A DNA stretch of 64,000 nt from Lingula anatina (Eukaryota > Animalia > Brachiopoda). The notes beneath the pieces are model-generated. The model saw only the letters and a list, made by a program, of their open reading frames with translations. It searched no databases and was not told the DNA's origin. Where the stretch lies: NCBI GenBank assembly GCA_051362555.1, contig CM120643.1, positions 21,890,848 to 21,954,847 of the forward strand, in the 5' to 3' direction. Made by a program: the position numbers and the translations under genes. Shown here in pieces: positions 51,418-64,000 of this stretch (positions are counted from its first letter, which is position 1; every line of letters begins with the position of its first letter).

Positions 51418-54400
51418 ATGGGAGAATCTGTAAGGACGACTGACGGGACAGGTAAATTTTGTTTTTAAGTGATAATAATCTGTCAGTATAAAGATTAAAG
51501 ATATTTCATTTTAGTCTCATTCATATAAAAAGAAATAAAAAATTAGAAGCAGTAATATACGGCAGTTCTATATAGAACGGCGAGAGACTGAATATCCCTT
51601 GAAATCTACGTTAGAACATTATTAATAGATCAAAATTGTTTAAAAATCTAGCAATTTAAAAAAGTTCAACACGTTTATCAATAAAAATGACAGTTAAGTA
51701 GGAGGTGGACCTCTTTCTTAATACACCCAGATTCACATAAAGGGCAGGTTCTTTCCACAATAGCTAATTTTTCATATCAAGCCGTTTTTGTTGGAAGTGA
51801 AGCAACCCCACACATCACCTTAGCAAGTACCCTTCGTTGATTATATATCTATGTATATGTAGCACCTTACGTCTTGACAGACGTGCATTCAAACGAGTGA
51901 CAATTAGCCCAGGTAAAAAGTCTGCAACTGTACGCAGACTGCTTATTTAAATTTATAATAATGTGTGTGTTGTGTGCGTGCGTCTGTGTGTGTGTGTGTG
52001 AGTGTGTGAGTGTGCGTGTGTGTATGTGAGAGAGAGAGGGGGAGAGAGAAATTGTAGGGTCGCGTGTGTGTCTTTGAACATGCTTGCTTGTGAGTTGTGA
52101 TTTTGCTGTGTACAATTTATTGTTATTTTCATGCAAGATGATATGTTCACTAGTAAATGTGTCTTACTAAGAGGCATGCATTCAACATTTTAGGCTATCA
52201 GTACACAGATAACTTTGACGTTACTGACGAAGTGAAAGAGCAGTTTGACAGGGATGGTTTTATTATATTGCGGTAAGGCAGTGAACAGTTTCGAAACTTT
52301 CCCCTCTTGCTTGCATGATTAACGAGTTTTCCTAAATGGAAGTTGAAATAAGTATCCAACATCAGCACCTCCCCCTGCACACCTTTTATGCTAGTGAATA
52401 TTCGCATCGAACACTCGATATTTAAAATTACATTTTGTCTGATGAAAACCGAGTTTATTAACACATACGCATTGAGTGTTATTATTTGATAAATACAGAA
52501 TGTGATCTTACATATATATACGGTAAAGTGTAAAGTCTGAGAAAATTCAATAAGGACAGATGACGCCATAGACAAACATGATATTGTATGCATCGACCGA
52601 TGACGTTATCGCCGAAATTTTTACCAATCATGGAAAAAAGAAAAAGACACATTTGCGTCTGGTCTTGAAAGACACTTAAACCTTCTTTAACCCTCTTATG
52701 TCTTTGCGTTCAGAAATTTTTTAGACACCGAAGAGGTGGCTACTTTAAGAACGGCCCTGGAGCAAGACAAGACCCTGGAGGACAATTACTATACCAGGGA
52801 CGATGGGGAGGGAAATCAGGCCAAAATGGCCAACTGGAATCACCCTGTGGATGACATAACCGGGATGATAGGGAGGAGTGACAAAGCTGCCGGTACCATG
52901 GAAAAGGTAGCTACATAGGCCTCATACTGTATAGTCTTTATCGACTGTCGTTCATTTTTCCTCGGCTGTAAAATCATGATTTCACTGCACAAATTGTTTT
53001 ACCTAATACTACGCCTTATTCCTTACATTTTTGAAGGGAAAATCACAAAACGTGTTATTCAATTAATCTTACTTAGACTGCCAGGCTTCAGTATTCAGTT
53101 AAGATACTGAGATTATTTATCTCTGTGGAAATTTGTCGTCCATTTTAAGCCTATAAATTAAATTTTGTATCTTTAGTAAGCAAACAAATTCAAAAATTCC
53201 AATCTTTGATTCCAGCTTTTAGGGGGAGAGGTATATCAATATCACGCCAAAGTCGTCATGAAAGAACCATTTACAGGGGGTGCATTTGTATGGCACCAGG
53301 ATTACGGGTAAATTTTTACTGGACCCCTTTTGTTATTATTTCGATACTATTTTAATAAAACATGTGTCATAGCACATTGTACAAACGTGTAGGTTGCCAA
53401 GGTGAAAATTTAAAGGGCCTACAGCCAGTATAGAATAAAGCTGCCCGGTGTCATGTGTACGGTCCGTTCTGCGTGAACCATCCGTCCTGGCCGATTGTAC
53501 ACGCAGCAGACGCGATATGAGCCGTTCCGTGAATGATCCATTGTAATTCACCTGTACTGTTATATTCGGCTAGTTCATTTCCTACCTCATTATACATTAA
53601 GTATGATGGGGATATTTCTAGGTAAAATCCATGTGTTACTTGATAATTTTGATAGAGAATCAGCGTCAAATTACAGTTCGACGCATGGATGAACCTACTG
53701 TGGACGGGCCGTCGTTATTCAGCTGTTGGCCTACTATTTCAGTATTGATTTTATTAGGCTAGTGTGTTTATATGGCCACCTGAGGAATATCACAGTAGAG
53801 GTGAACATCTATAAGATATGAATACTTTATGTTTGAATTTGCAGTATGTTCTCAACAGCACATGTTTATTAAAGGCTAAGAATGTATTGATGACTCTATT
53901 GAGACGGACTGTACACGCCTGAAGTCTTTCAGATTTGCCTGCGCTTTGTGCGCATGAGCAGAATGGATGGTACACGCTCCGAGCGGTACACGCCACACAT
54001 TTGAGCATTAATTAGCCCCACGGTGTTTACGCACAAGCTGATGAGTCTACATTTTAGGTTTCAGTTAGAAACAGTTCCATTTAGGTCAAAATGAAGCCAT
54101 AACAAAATTTAGAAAAGGCATTTGTTGTTAGATGAGTTTTGAATCACGATATCAAGAATATATTCCCATATTTTCTTCGTATTGGTGGTTATTTACTGCC
54201 CGCCCTGCTAATTGCTATTTCCAGTGATTGGTACCATTACGGCAACTTGTTTCCAAACATGGCTACTGTGTGGATTGCTGTGGACAGAGCAGACAGGACA
54301 AACGGGTGTCTACAGGTAATGAAACACGAGTTGTAGTACATGTAGCTATCATTAATATTAAAAAAATCCATCAAGGTGAATGCTGATGCCAATGTTCAAT

Positions 54401-55502
54401 TCTATACAAAGAATGATTCAAAAGCATGAAATATTGATGTCTCTGCAGTCCTTAAAGGAAGCATAGGTTACTCCTACTTAGGCGACACCACCAGCTTCTC
54501 TTATTGTTTTTTCCTATAAAGAATGTGCATAGTGACGTCCGCTAACTTCATACACGCAAAGACAAGTACCTTTCAAAGCTATTCCTACATGTCCGCCACT
54601 GTATAGATTAGACCAAAGAGACTGTATTTAATCACCTCATCCTTTATATACGTGCAGATACTACTTGGCTCCCATCAAGCTGGGCGACTGGAGCACGTGA
54701 AAGTCGGTGAACAAGCAGGGGCTGACCCGGAACGCGTAGAACTCCTTGCCAAAACCTGCCCCTTGACCTACGTCCAGCTTGACCCTGGGGACGCTCTGAT
54801 ATTTCACTGTAATCTGGTCCATCGAAGTGACCAGAATCACAGCCAGAACCGCCGTTGGGCTTACCTTGTCTGCTATAACCGTGCATCCAATGACCCAGTG
54901 TATAAACATCACTATCCTAACTACACGCCCCTGATTAAGGTGGGCATAATACATTCCAATATTATCATAGTTACGTTCATTAATCTCCCATTTTTATCAT
55001 TTTTATATTTGTTTGTTAAATATGCATAATGCACCACATTTTAAATTGAACTTTGCCGAATAGACCTATGGCGTCCATTTCACTATCAACTCTTTAACAT
55101 TCATGTGCCCTTTATATTGTTTTGTATTATGCATTACCTTTATGGGCTACTTTTATTGTCTGCCCTTCTTTTTTAGCTGACAATAACGGAATATTTGGTC
55201 GATTTTAAATAAGCCAGTAGTCATAACATTGGCAAAATATGAAAGCCCCTTTCTCCATTTATTTGTAGGCAATTTCATTCCCCTAAACCTACTATTTATT
55301 AAAACAAAACAAAACATTACGTCAAATGCAAGTGGTCCATTATGAAATATTATAGCGATTGACGTGCCGCTTTATTTTTCATAACATATCGTTCCTTTCT
55401 TATTTCAAGGTGCCGAATAGCAGAATAAAGGAATGTGACACTAAAACATCCACCGAAGGAAAGGTTTTTTTTCAAGGACCCTCTAACATCCCGGCCTTCT
55501 AA
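51418..55502 (+). CDS. PhyH-family dioxygenase copy 3
   Basis: Exons 51418-51451, 52194-52272, 52714-52906, 53216-53307, 54225-54315, 54658-54939, 55410-55502 (...[14 protein letters not shown]). Confidence 0.88.
53449..53999. mobile_element. Probable decayed DNA-transposon insertion in intron 4 of copy 3 (CCGG|TGT start)
   Basis: Absent from the paralogous intron of copy 1. It begins CCGG-TGTCATG and has weak inverted similarity near 53960-53999. The right TSD was not found. Confidence 0.5.
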
Positions 55503-56765
55503 AATAAGATGCAAAACTATAGTACCAACAATAAAATTATTTTGCAGCAGACAACAAGCGCACCCTGTGGTCAGAGAAAAACATGCAATTATTTACACAA
55601 TGGGAAGTGAATGAATCTCCAAATCAAACGGCCATCTGATTTTGTCTGAAAATATATAGTAATTTAGCAGAGCACCAAATTAATTTTTTGTTTCAATTAT
55701 TTTATGATTGGTGAGGAATATACTATAGCTGTAGCTCTTGTGATATTATGCTCTTTTCCTTTAATTTTTTCAATCAATTTCTTTTAATATTTAAATTTCA
55801 TTTAATATTTTGCTTCTAATTTAAGCTTCATTTGGGTGAATGTCTATTGCTTATGCACTGAAAATGCTACGTTGTGCGTACTATATATTTATTTCTTGCA
55901 ATATCAGAATAAGAGCATGCAATAAATACACAAATTGATTATGTGTAAAGAAAATGTGTTTCTCCCTCTTCATTCAAAGCATCTTGAATATCCTTTGCTG
56001 ACGTCGGATTATGGTACAAAACCGATTTCATTTTATTAGACAACTTACTCAGAATTACCAAGGGAGTTAAGATCTCAAGAGAGAAACGTTGAAGTCATCG
56101 TTTAGTTTATTGACAACCCTGGCATTTTAAAAATGATATGTGACCAAAATTTGGCTTTCTTCGTCCCAAATGTACCCATGAAATACAGTAAAGGTGCTTA
56201 GCTTACCTATGCACCGATTCGGCCGATTTTAGCATATGCATCGAAAGGTTCACCTATTATTATTAACACCCTTGATTACGGTATTGCATGGCATAGTCGA
56301 ACGCTCCTCTTTACTCGCAATTAAGACAATTGCGACGTCCTTTATCACGACTAACTGCTTTTGAAATGACATTAAAATACAAATATACCAACCGATCTTT
56401 TGGCCTATTGCCTTGGTCAGGTATTGCTAATATGATATGTAATTTTTTATATTTTGCATAATTACACCGTTGACTTAATCCCCGACAAAGGAAATTAGCA
56501 GGGCTCAGCTAGTGTATTTGTGCAATCATTTACATGTATAATATTTTAAAAAAACTTGGTCATAATAAAAATGCCACAATTTCACTGACGACGGAAATTA
56601 GTTATGCATGTATGCTTAGCTAGCGTCTTTATGCAATCATTTACATGTATAATGTATCAAACACTAATAAAAAATGCCACGATTTATGTTATTATTTTAA
56701 AAAATAATTTGAAATATTTAAAAAAATCTTGTATCGAACCTTTTAATGTATACCATTAAGATAAG

Positions 56766-56798
<33 letters not shown>

Positions 56799-57314
56799 TC
56801 TTCTATAATCCTAGAATCGATACAGGTGTATTTATTTTAGTAAAGTTCCTGATAAGATGTAAATGAAAACGTTTCTCGATAGCCAGGTCCTACAGTACAC
56901 TGTATGTCTAGACATAAGCCTGGTGGCTGATCGAAATTAGCCTCAACTTTAGACATAACCGCAAATGTGTTGTTAAGTTTGTCAAACTGACAAATGCACT
57001 GTTTTTACACAATTATGTACAATGTAGATCAAGTTTTCTGTTCTGACATTTTATTTTTCAATCTTCTTGTATTCACGTAACGCGCTATTTCTACATTATG
57101 ATGCCACCAATGTTAGAAAACTGAGGGCCCTTGTAACATGATAAACAAGTAAATGAAAGCTGAAAACATATCGTTGACAACATGATAAAAAATCTACCAC
57201 AACTAGATTTCCATCTGCAACCTTCAACTATGTCTGTGTGTAGCCAAGTCATTTAACACAAGTGAACGTGGTTAGCTTGCATACATTTGCTTGCAGCGGT
57301 ACACGAGTGAAAGG

Positions 57315-60300
57315 ATGGGAGAGTCTGTAAGAACGACTGACGGGACAGGTAACTTTTGTTTTTTTTTTCAATGATATTGACCTGTCTATATAAAGATTCA
57401 AGATACTTTATTTCACTCTCACCCATATAAAAAGAAATGCAAAATTAGAAGCAGTAAAATATTGCAGTTTTATATAAAACTATGAGAAACTGAATAATAC
57501 TTAAAGTATACGTTAAAGCATTATTATAGTTAGTTCCATAAATCGGCAGAAGGTATGGCAACTAAATAAATCGTGTCATTATTAATAGTCACAAATAAAA
57601 ACTTGTTCTGATCATTAAAAAGATCAAAATTGTCTTTAAAACGCCTAGCAATATTAGTTTAACGCGTTCATCAATAAAGGACAGTAAACTAAGAAGTGGA
57701 CCTCGTCCTCAATACACTTAGATTCACATATAATAGACAGGTTCTTTCCGCAATAGCTAAATTTTCATATCGAATTTCTATTCGAAATGGGGTCACCACA
57801 CGCCTCACCTTAGCAGGTGCGCTTCGTTGTTTATATATATACAAGTATATTAATATATAACGTCATGACTGACGTGTATTTAAAACACTTATTGTTGGCC
57901 CAGGAACAATTGTCGGCAACTGTGCGCAGACTGCTTATTTTGATTTATTATCATAGGCATGTGTCTTTGTTAGCGAGAGAGAAAAGGCAGACTGTAGTGT
58001 CGAGTGTGTCTTTGGATGAACAGAATGGCCTATTTATTGTGATGGTGTCGTGAGGATAAGTCCACAATCCATTGTGATTTCCATGAATGATGTTGTGTTA
58101 GTAAATTTGTCTCACTGAAAGGTATGTATTTTAAATTTTAGGCTACCAATATACAGATAACTTTGCCGTTACTGACGAATTGAAAGAGCAGTTTTACAGG
58201 GATGGTTTCATTATATTGCGGTAAGGCAGTAAACAGTTTCAAAACTTTGCTCCCCTTTTTGCAAGATTAACAAGTGTTCCTCCGTAAATATAAAATGGAA
58301 TAAATATCCAATATTAGCCCCCCACGCAGACCTTTAATACTAGTTAATATTTGCATCGAACGCTTAACATTTTTTAAATTAAAGTTTGTCTAATTAAAAC
58401 CGATTAATTAAGACCCATACGAAAGGAGTTATTATATGATAAGAACAGAATGTGATCTTATATCCGGCAATGTGAAGTTTAATAAAATTCATGATAGCAG
58501 ATGACGCCATCACCCAATGTGATATTGATCAACCAATGACCGACATTAAATACCGACATTAATTAACAATCACAGAATAGGACACATTTATAACATAATC
58601 AGTCAGACTACATATATGTGGTGTGACAGCGATGTTGCAACAATTGACTCGAATCTCGGAAGACATTGACATTCAGGCATTCATTCACTTGAACCTTTTC
58701 TAGCCCTCTTATGTCTTTGCGTTTAGGAAGTTTTTGGACACCGAAGAGGTGACTAACTTGAGAATGACCCTGGAGCAAGACAAGACCCTGGAGGACAATT
58801 ACTATGTCAGGGGCGATGGGGAGGGATATCAGGCCAAAATGGCAAACTGGAATCACCCTGTGGATGACATAACCGGGATGGTAGCGAGGAGTGACAAAGC
58901 TGCCGGGACCATGGAAAAGGTATCTACAGTACATGTAGGCCTCATATCCTTTGCCGACTGCCATTGATTTTTCCTCGACTATAAAGTAATTTGACTTCAC
59001 AAATTGTTTTAATTGACGCTAGCACTTATTATTCACAATTTTGTGAAAAAAAATATTAAGACTGGCTTTAGCGTTCAGTTAAGATACTGAGATTATAGGC
59101 CTACATACATATCTGTGGGAATATGTCGAGTATTTTAAACCTATAAATTAAAATTTTGTCCCTACAGTAAGCAAACGAGTTAAATAAAATTTTCCAATCC
59201 TTAATTTTAGCTTTTAGGGGGAGAGGTATATCAATATCACGCCAAAGTCGCTATGAAAGAACCATTCACAGGTGGTGCGTTTGTATGGCACCAGGATTAC
59301 GGGTAAATTTCACAGGACAATGTTTTTTTACATTATTTTCACATGTTCACTGCATGCGCCATCGTTCAATGTATGATCCAGGAAGTTGTCAAAGTAAAAG
59401 TGAAGATTGTGCATCCCGTTTAGAATAACAAGGGCTGCATAAGACATTTTATGTACTGCAACACTTGCATTCACATTACCATTACAATGAGGAGGAGAGC
59501 CTGTGTGACAGGAATGGAAGTCCTACATACTGTATAGGAACCGAACTCTGTGGTCACATTAAGGTTAATGCACGTTGGGGTTAGTAGGAGTATTGCGGTT
59601 GGTATATGGGACGAATTTCACGTGTACAAAGTAATGGGGAACGGACTACGGTTCCTAGCGGACTATCATTCCTTTCAATTGCGCTGTTTCTACAAAATTA
59701 CGTACAATATCAGCACGCAAAGTTTTCTGTCCCAACATTTTATTTTTCAATAGCCTCAGATTCAGGCAACGCACCACTTCTACATTATGATGGCACCGAT
59801 AGGCCCGTTACATGATAAACAAGTAGCTAGCAGCTGAAAACATATTGTAAACAGCATGTCTCAACGCTTGTTATCACATTACTATTAAAAGTGTGTGAGA
59901 GCTGACTGTTTTCACTTTATAAAGAAAGAAGAAAAGATGAAACCGCGAGTTAGTTATCTCTAGTCATGTTTTTTGGCCATTGGTATTAGCCTAGTATTTG
60001 AACAAGCTGTTGAGTTGGCGCATTTGAACAAGCTGTTGAGTTGGTACACAGTGTCATTTAGGTAAATATCATGTAATAACAAAATTTAGAAAAGGCATTT
60101 TGTTTCTGATGAGATTTTACTCAAAATATAAAGAGTAAATTCTCATAATTCCTTAATACATGTATGATAGTTATTTACTGCACTTGTGATTACTGCTATT
60201 TTCCAGTTCTTGGTACCTTTACGGCAACCTGTTTCCGGACATGGCCACAGTGTGGATTGCTGTGGACAGAGCACACAAGACAAATGGATGTCTGCAGGTA

Positions 60301-61464
60301 ATGAAGCTTGTCTTGTAAATAGACACCTTTAACTTTCACAGAATCCATTGAGGTGAATGTTGATGTCAATGTTCACATCTGTCCAAAGTGTACAAAAATG
60401 ATTTAAAAGCATGAATTCAGTCTTCAGTCTGTAAAGAAACCATTGGTAACTCTTACTTAAGTAAAATATGTAGAACACATATGTGACACAGGTATTGCAT
60501 ATTCATTTGCCTTACATATTTAGGCGACTTATCACCGCAATTTTTCCATGCATGCAGATTCTGCCAGGTTCTCATCGAGCTGGTCGAATAGAGCACGTGA
60601 AAGTTGGTGAACAAACAGGGGCTGACCCGGAACGCGTAGAACTCCTTGCCAAAGTCTGCCCCTTGACCTACGTCCAGCTTGACCCTGGAGACGCTATGAT
60701 ATTTCACTGTAATCTGCTCCATCGAAGTGACCAGAATCACAGCCAAAACCGGCGTTGGGCTTACCTTGTTTGCTATAACCGTGCATCCAATGACCCAGTG
60801 TATAAACATCACTATGCTAACTACACGCCCCTGATTAAGGTGCGTATAGTACAATCAAACAATTTTTTTTCAGTTTCATTCATTAATCCACTTATCTCAT
60901 TAATTTCACTATTTTATTCACTTTTAATTTTTGTTGTTTACATTTACATAATACATAACATTTAAAGTTGCACATAACTGAATAGACCCTTGGCGTCCAA
61001 TTTACTATTAGCCCCTTTAACATTAATGCACGTAAGTGCGCAGGACTTTACATTGCTTTGTATAATGCATTATTTGTATGCTCTTCATTTATTGTCAGCC
61101 TTTCATCTTTAGCTGACAAAAACTGAATATTTGGTCGATTTTAAATGCGCCAGTAATCATAACATTGACAAAATATGAAAGTTCCTTTCTCCAATTATTT
61201 ATGCAAGCAATTTCACTCCCGTAAACTACTGTTCCTGTCAGAAAAGGGTTTGACGTCACATGCAACAAATCCATTTCGAAGCATTAGCGATTGATGTGCC
61301 AATTTATTTCATAATAACACAATATTGTTATTCCTCATATCAAGGTGCAGAATAGCAGAATTAAGGAATGTGGCACCAAAACACCCACCGAAGGAAAACT
61401 ATTTTCTCATGGACCGAAAAGAGAGCGTGACTCTGCTATAGAAGTGCTAGAGAGGAAGGCCTAA
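57315..61464 (+). CDS. PhyH-family dioxygenase copy 4
   Basis: Exons 57315-57348, 58142-58220, 58727-58919, 59211-59302, 60207-60297, 60558-60839, 61345-61464 (...[21 protein letters not shown]). Confidence 0.88.
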
Positions 61465-61777
61465 ACTACAGTATAATTTAAGATTTTATTCAGACACCGA
61501 TCAATTATGAGACACAATGTTACCGTATGTGCTAAATGGTTTTCATTCTGTTAACGTTCTGATGACAAAGGCATTTTTTGTTTTGAATCTTTCTTATTAC
61601 ATATCAGTAACATATCAGACGGTTAGGATCAAAGAGACAGTGCACTGGTGCCAGCATTCTACATACACGCGTGAATACTTTTGTAGAATCTAAATTTACT
61701 TTGAAAGAAGTAAACCTGATCTTCCCGTGATAAAAAACCCTTCCTCGTCCCAAACTGGAACTCTGAACTTCTAGTCA

Positions 61778-61992
61778 GACCCCATTTCCAGAGATTAGAT
61801 CGACCTACTTTAGATCGACCTAACTCCCTGGGGGTTCACGCTAAATAGCTGTCAGCCGAGAGGACACGAAAGATAATTACCCCCTTACAGCTTGTAGTAG
61901 GCGGGACGGACATCTAAGCCGGATTATCTGACAGTAATCTAGTGAGACTCCCCGCGGGGATAGATCGATCTAAAAGCTCTGGGAATACAGCC
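61778..61992 (-). mobile_element. MITE of the same family as 10527-10744, inverted and diverged
   Basis: Shares AATTACCCCCTTACAGCT and CAGTAATCTAGTGAGACTCCC as reverse complements of the 10527 element. Confidence 0.75.
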
Positions 61993-62044
61993 TAAGTCAC
62001 ATTTTTGAAACACACGCTGTACAATAGACTCCGTTCAGACATAA

Positions 62045-62625
62045 AGTGTGAAAGTGCAATGCCCTATAGATGCATAGATGGTCATTTATATATTCTGAGA
62101 ATGTCATTATGTATCAATTTCTCTTATTTTGAATGACAAAATAATGATTTTATTCATTATAATATCCAACTTTAAATGGTGTTTTAGCAATTAGAATTGC
62201 TACTTCTACATGTATCATAGACAGTTATGTCATGACTAGATAAGTTCACCCTGAAACCTCTATAAGGTAGACAATCGCATCAAACTGCCATGGGAAATGT
62301 GTCATCTTCAGCAAAATGATCGATTTTTTTGTATAGGTACACATTTATATTGAAATCTTTTGTTCAAGATGGATGTAGCTTTCTTCAGCTGGCATTTAAC
62401 AACGAAATATTCCAAAAATGTAGACAAGCATGAGTAATAGTCATAAATCTACATGCAAAACTGCCAGTGCTACACTACAAGTGGTACACTGCACATGCAT
62501 TAGGGTGTGAGATGTTGCATTTTAAATACATGTACGCGATAGACAATTACATATCTGAAAATGAATGAATGAAAATGATATTTTAGCAGTGTGCCACTTT
62601 ATTGTTTTTGTTTTATTATAACTTT
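62045..62625 (+). repeat. Third copy of the receptor-gene 3' flank segment
   Basis: AAGTGTGAAAGTGCAATGCC...GATAGACAATTACATATCTGAAA matches 29925-30435 and 36952-37530. Confidence 0.85.
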
Positions 62626-64000
62626 TGTGACGAAGTTATTGGCTTGTCTTCGTCATGTTACGCGGGGTAGTAAATACAACTCAGATATTATCTTTCTTAT
62701 TATTTATTGAACTACTGTCCAGTTATTACCCGCGCCGCTTCCTTCATCTCTATTCCTACCTCATGCAATCTCTAGCGGCCTTCTCCCTGTTTACACTATA
62801 TAAGCGCAGTTGTATAAATACCATAAGAGCATGTCAATCAACTTAAGTTACTATACTAAACACTCCCCGCTCTTATTCGCTGCATGCTGTCACTAACTGA
62901 CATTACATTATCTCCCGGGGACGATATGCCTGTCCCTAGGCATATTTAAAATTAAAATATACATTAATTAAAATAAACTTTCTTAAACACTGCATTTGTC
63001 TTTTACCATAAATTCATGCAAAACAAAACTAAGTACATAGATTTTGTATTATAAACCTACGATAAGATAGAAATGCATTTGACATGAAACCCAAAATATA
63101 ACTCAAAGGAAGATAGATTGACAACTCTTCAGAAAATATGGTTGTTCGTGGATGTGCATTTACATGTTGTCATGTGTGGCCCAAGAGTACAGATATTTTT
63201 ATTTGTTTTCTCCGCGCAGATGTTTAAATCTGTTACTCTCTTATTATGGCTCTGACACATTTTATTATATAGTTTCTCTCTTTTGTTTGCCATATGGGAT
63301 GTTCTTGGGATGCACTACGTGAGACAATTGGGTTAGCTACTCCCTGCCGAAGAAACAGCATTCACCACACAACGTTGCGACCAGCGCATCGTTGATGACG
63401 AAGTACCTGTTCAACTTCATATTTATCCACACAGTAGCGCTCTCTTTTGATGACTATAAGAGAAACAACCGTTTTATATCAAACCCAATCCACGATTAAA
63501 CAAAAAACATACCGAAAAATAATTAAGTAAGAATCTTCCTTAATGCATATCAACAGTTTCACGTCATCATCTTTATAAAAGTTAAGTACACTGTTCCTAT
63601 ACCAATAACTGTATAGTTAAATATCAATAACTAATAACTATAAGACCGAAAAACTGAATATAGATATACTTTTCCTAAGTCGCGTGTTTAATATTCAATA
63701 CACAATATTTAACATTTTCTTATAACCACATGCAATAACATATAACTCAAAGTTAACCAATAAAATCTCAAGTTCATTTCCCACAAATGAAAAGTTCCAT
63801 TTGGTATGGTCCGTTACATCCTCCATTTTTGAATTTTAGCACGAAAGTTCAGTTAGCATATAATGTCAAATCCGTCCTTCTAGACAGTGCATAGCGATTG
63901 TCATCTGCCACTCATTGTATATGGATAAACGTCTTATTCGCGCACGTGTAGATAAATGTTCACAGTTTCCTGTATATCCACGAATGTCCATGTCCAGCGT

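Overview
AT-rich, intron-containing animal (invertebrate-like) genomic DNA. Left to right: (1) five minus-strand exons of a kappaB-Ras/NKIRAS small GTPase, whose 3' end lies outside the window. (2) A head-to-head, ~26-kb, ~23-exon gene for a type I membrane protein: signal peptide, three YWTD-type beta-propellers with two EGF modules, a mucin-like stretch, a sushi-like domain, a basic linker, an ephrin-receptor-like Cys repeat, a TM helix and a cytoplasmic tail. (3) A tandem array of four 7-exon PhyH-family Fe(II)/2-oxoglutarate dioxygenase genes, interleaved with duplicated fragments of the receptor gene's 3' end. The standout feature is a 6,824-bp, almost perfectly palindromic Polinton/Maverick derivative (39564-46387) in intron 2 of dioxygenase copy 2. 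It has two ~3.29-kb inverted arms, each made of one Polinton terminus plus a 5'-truncated, triply disrupted protein-primed DNA polymerase B, around a 243-bp spacer. It has AGTAGT...ACTACT ends, a 6-bp GACATT target-site duplication, and no integrase or capsid genes. It looks like an integrated snap-back (defective-genome-like) Polinton that would form a 3.3-kb dsRNA hairpin in the host pre-mRNA. Several MITEs are also present, including a Ginger1-like one that rewrites the C-terminus of dioxygenase copy 1. All exon coordinates were read by eye and family assignments come from motif recognition, not database searches.
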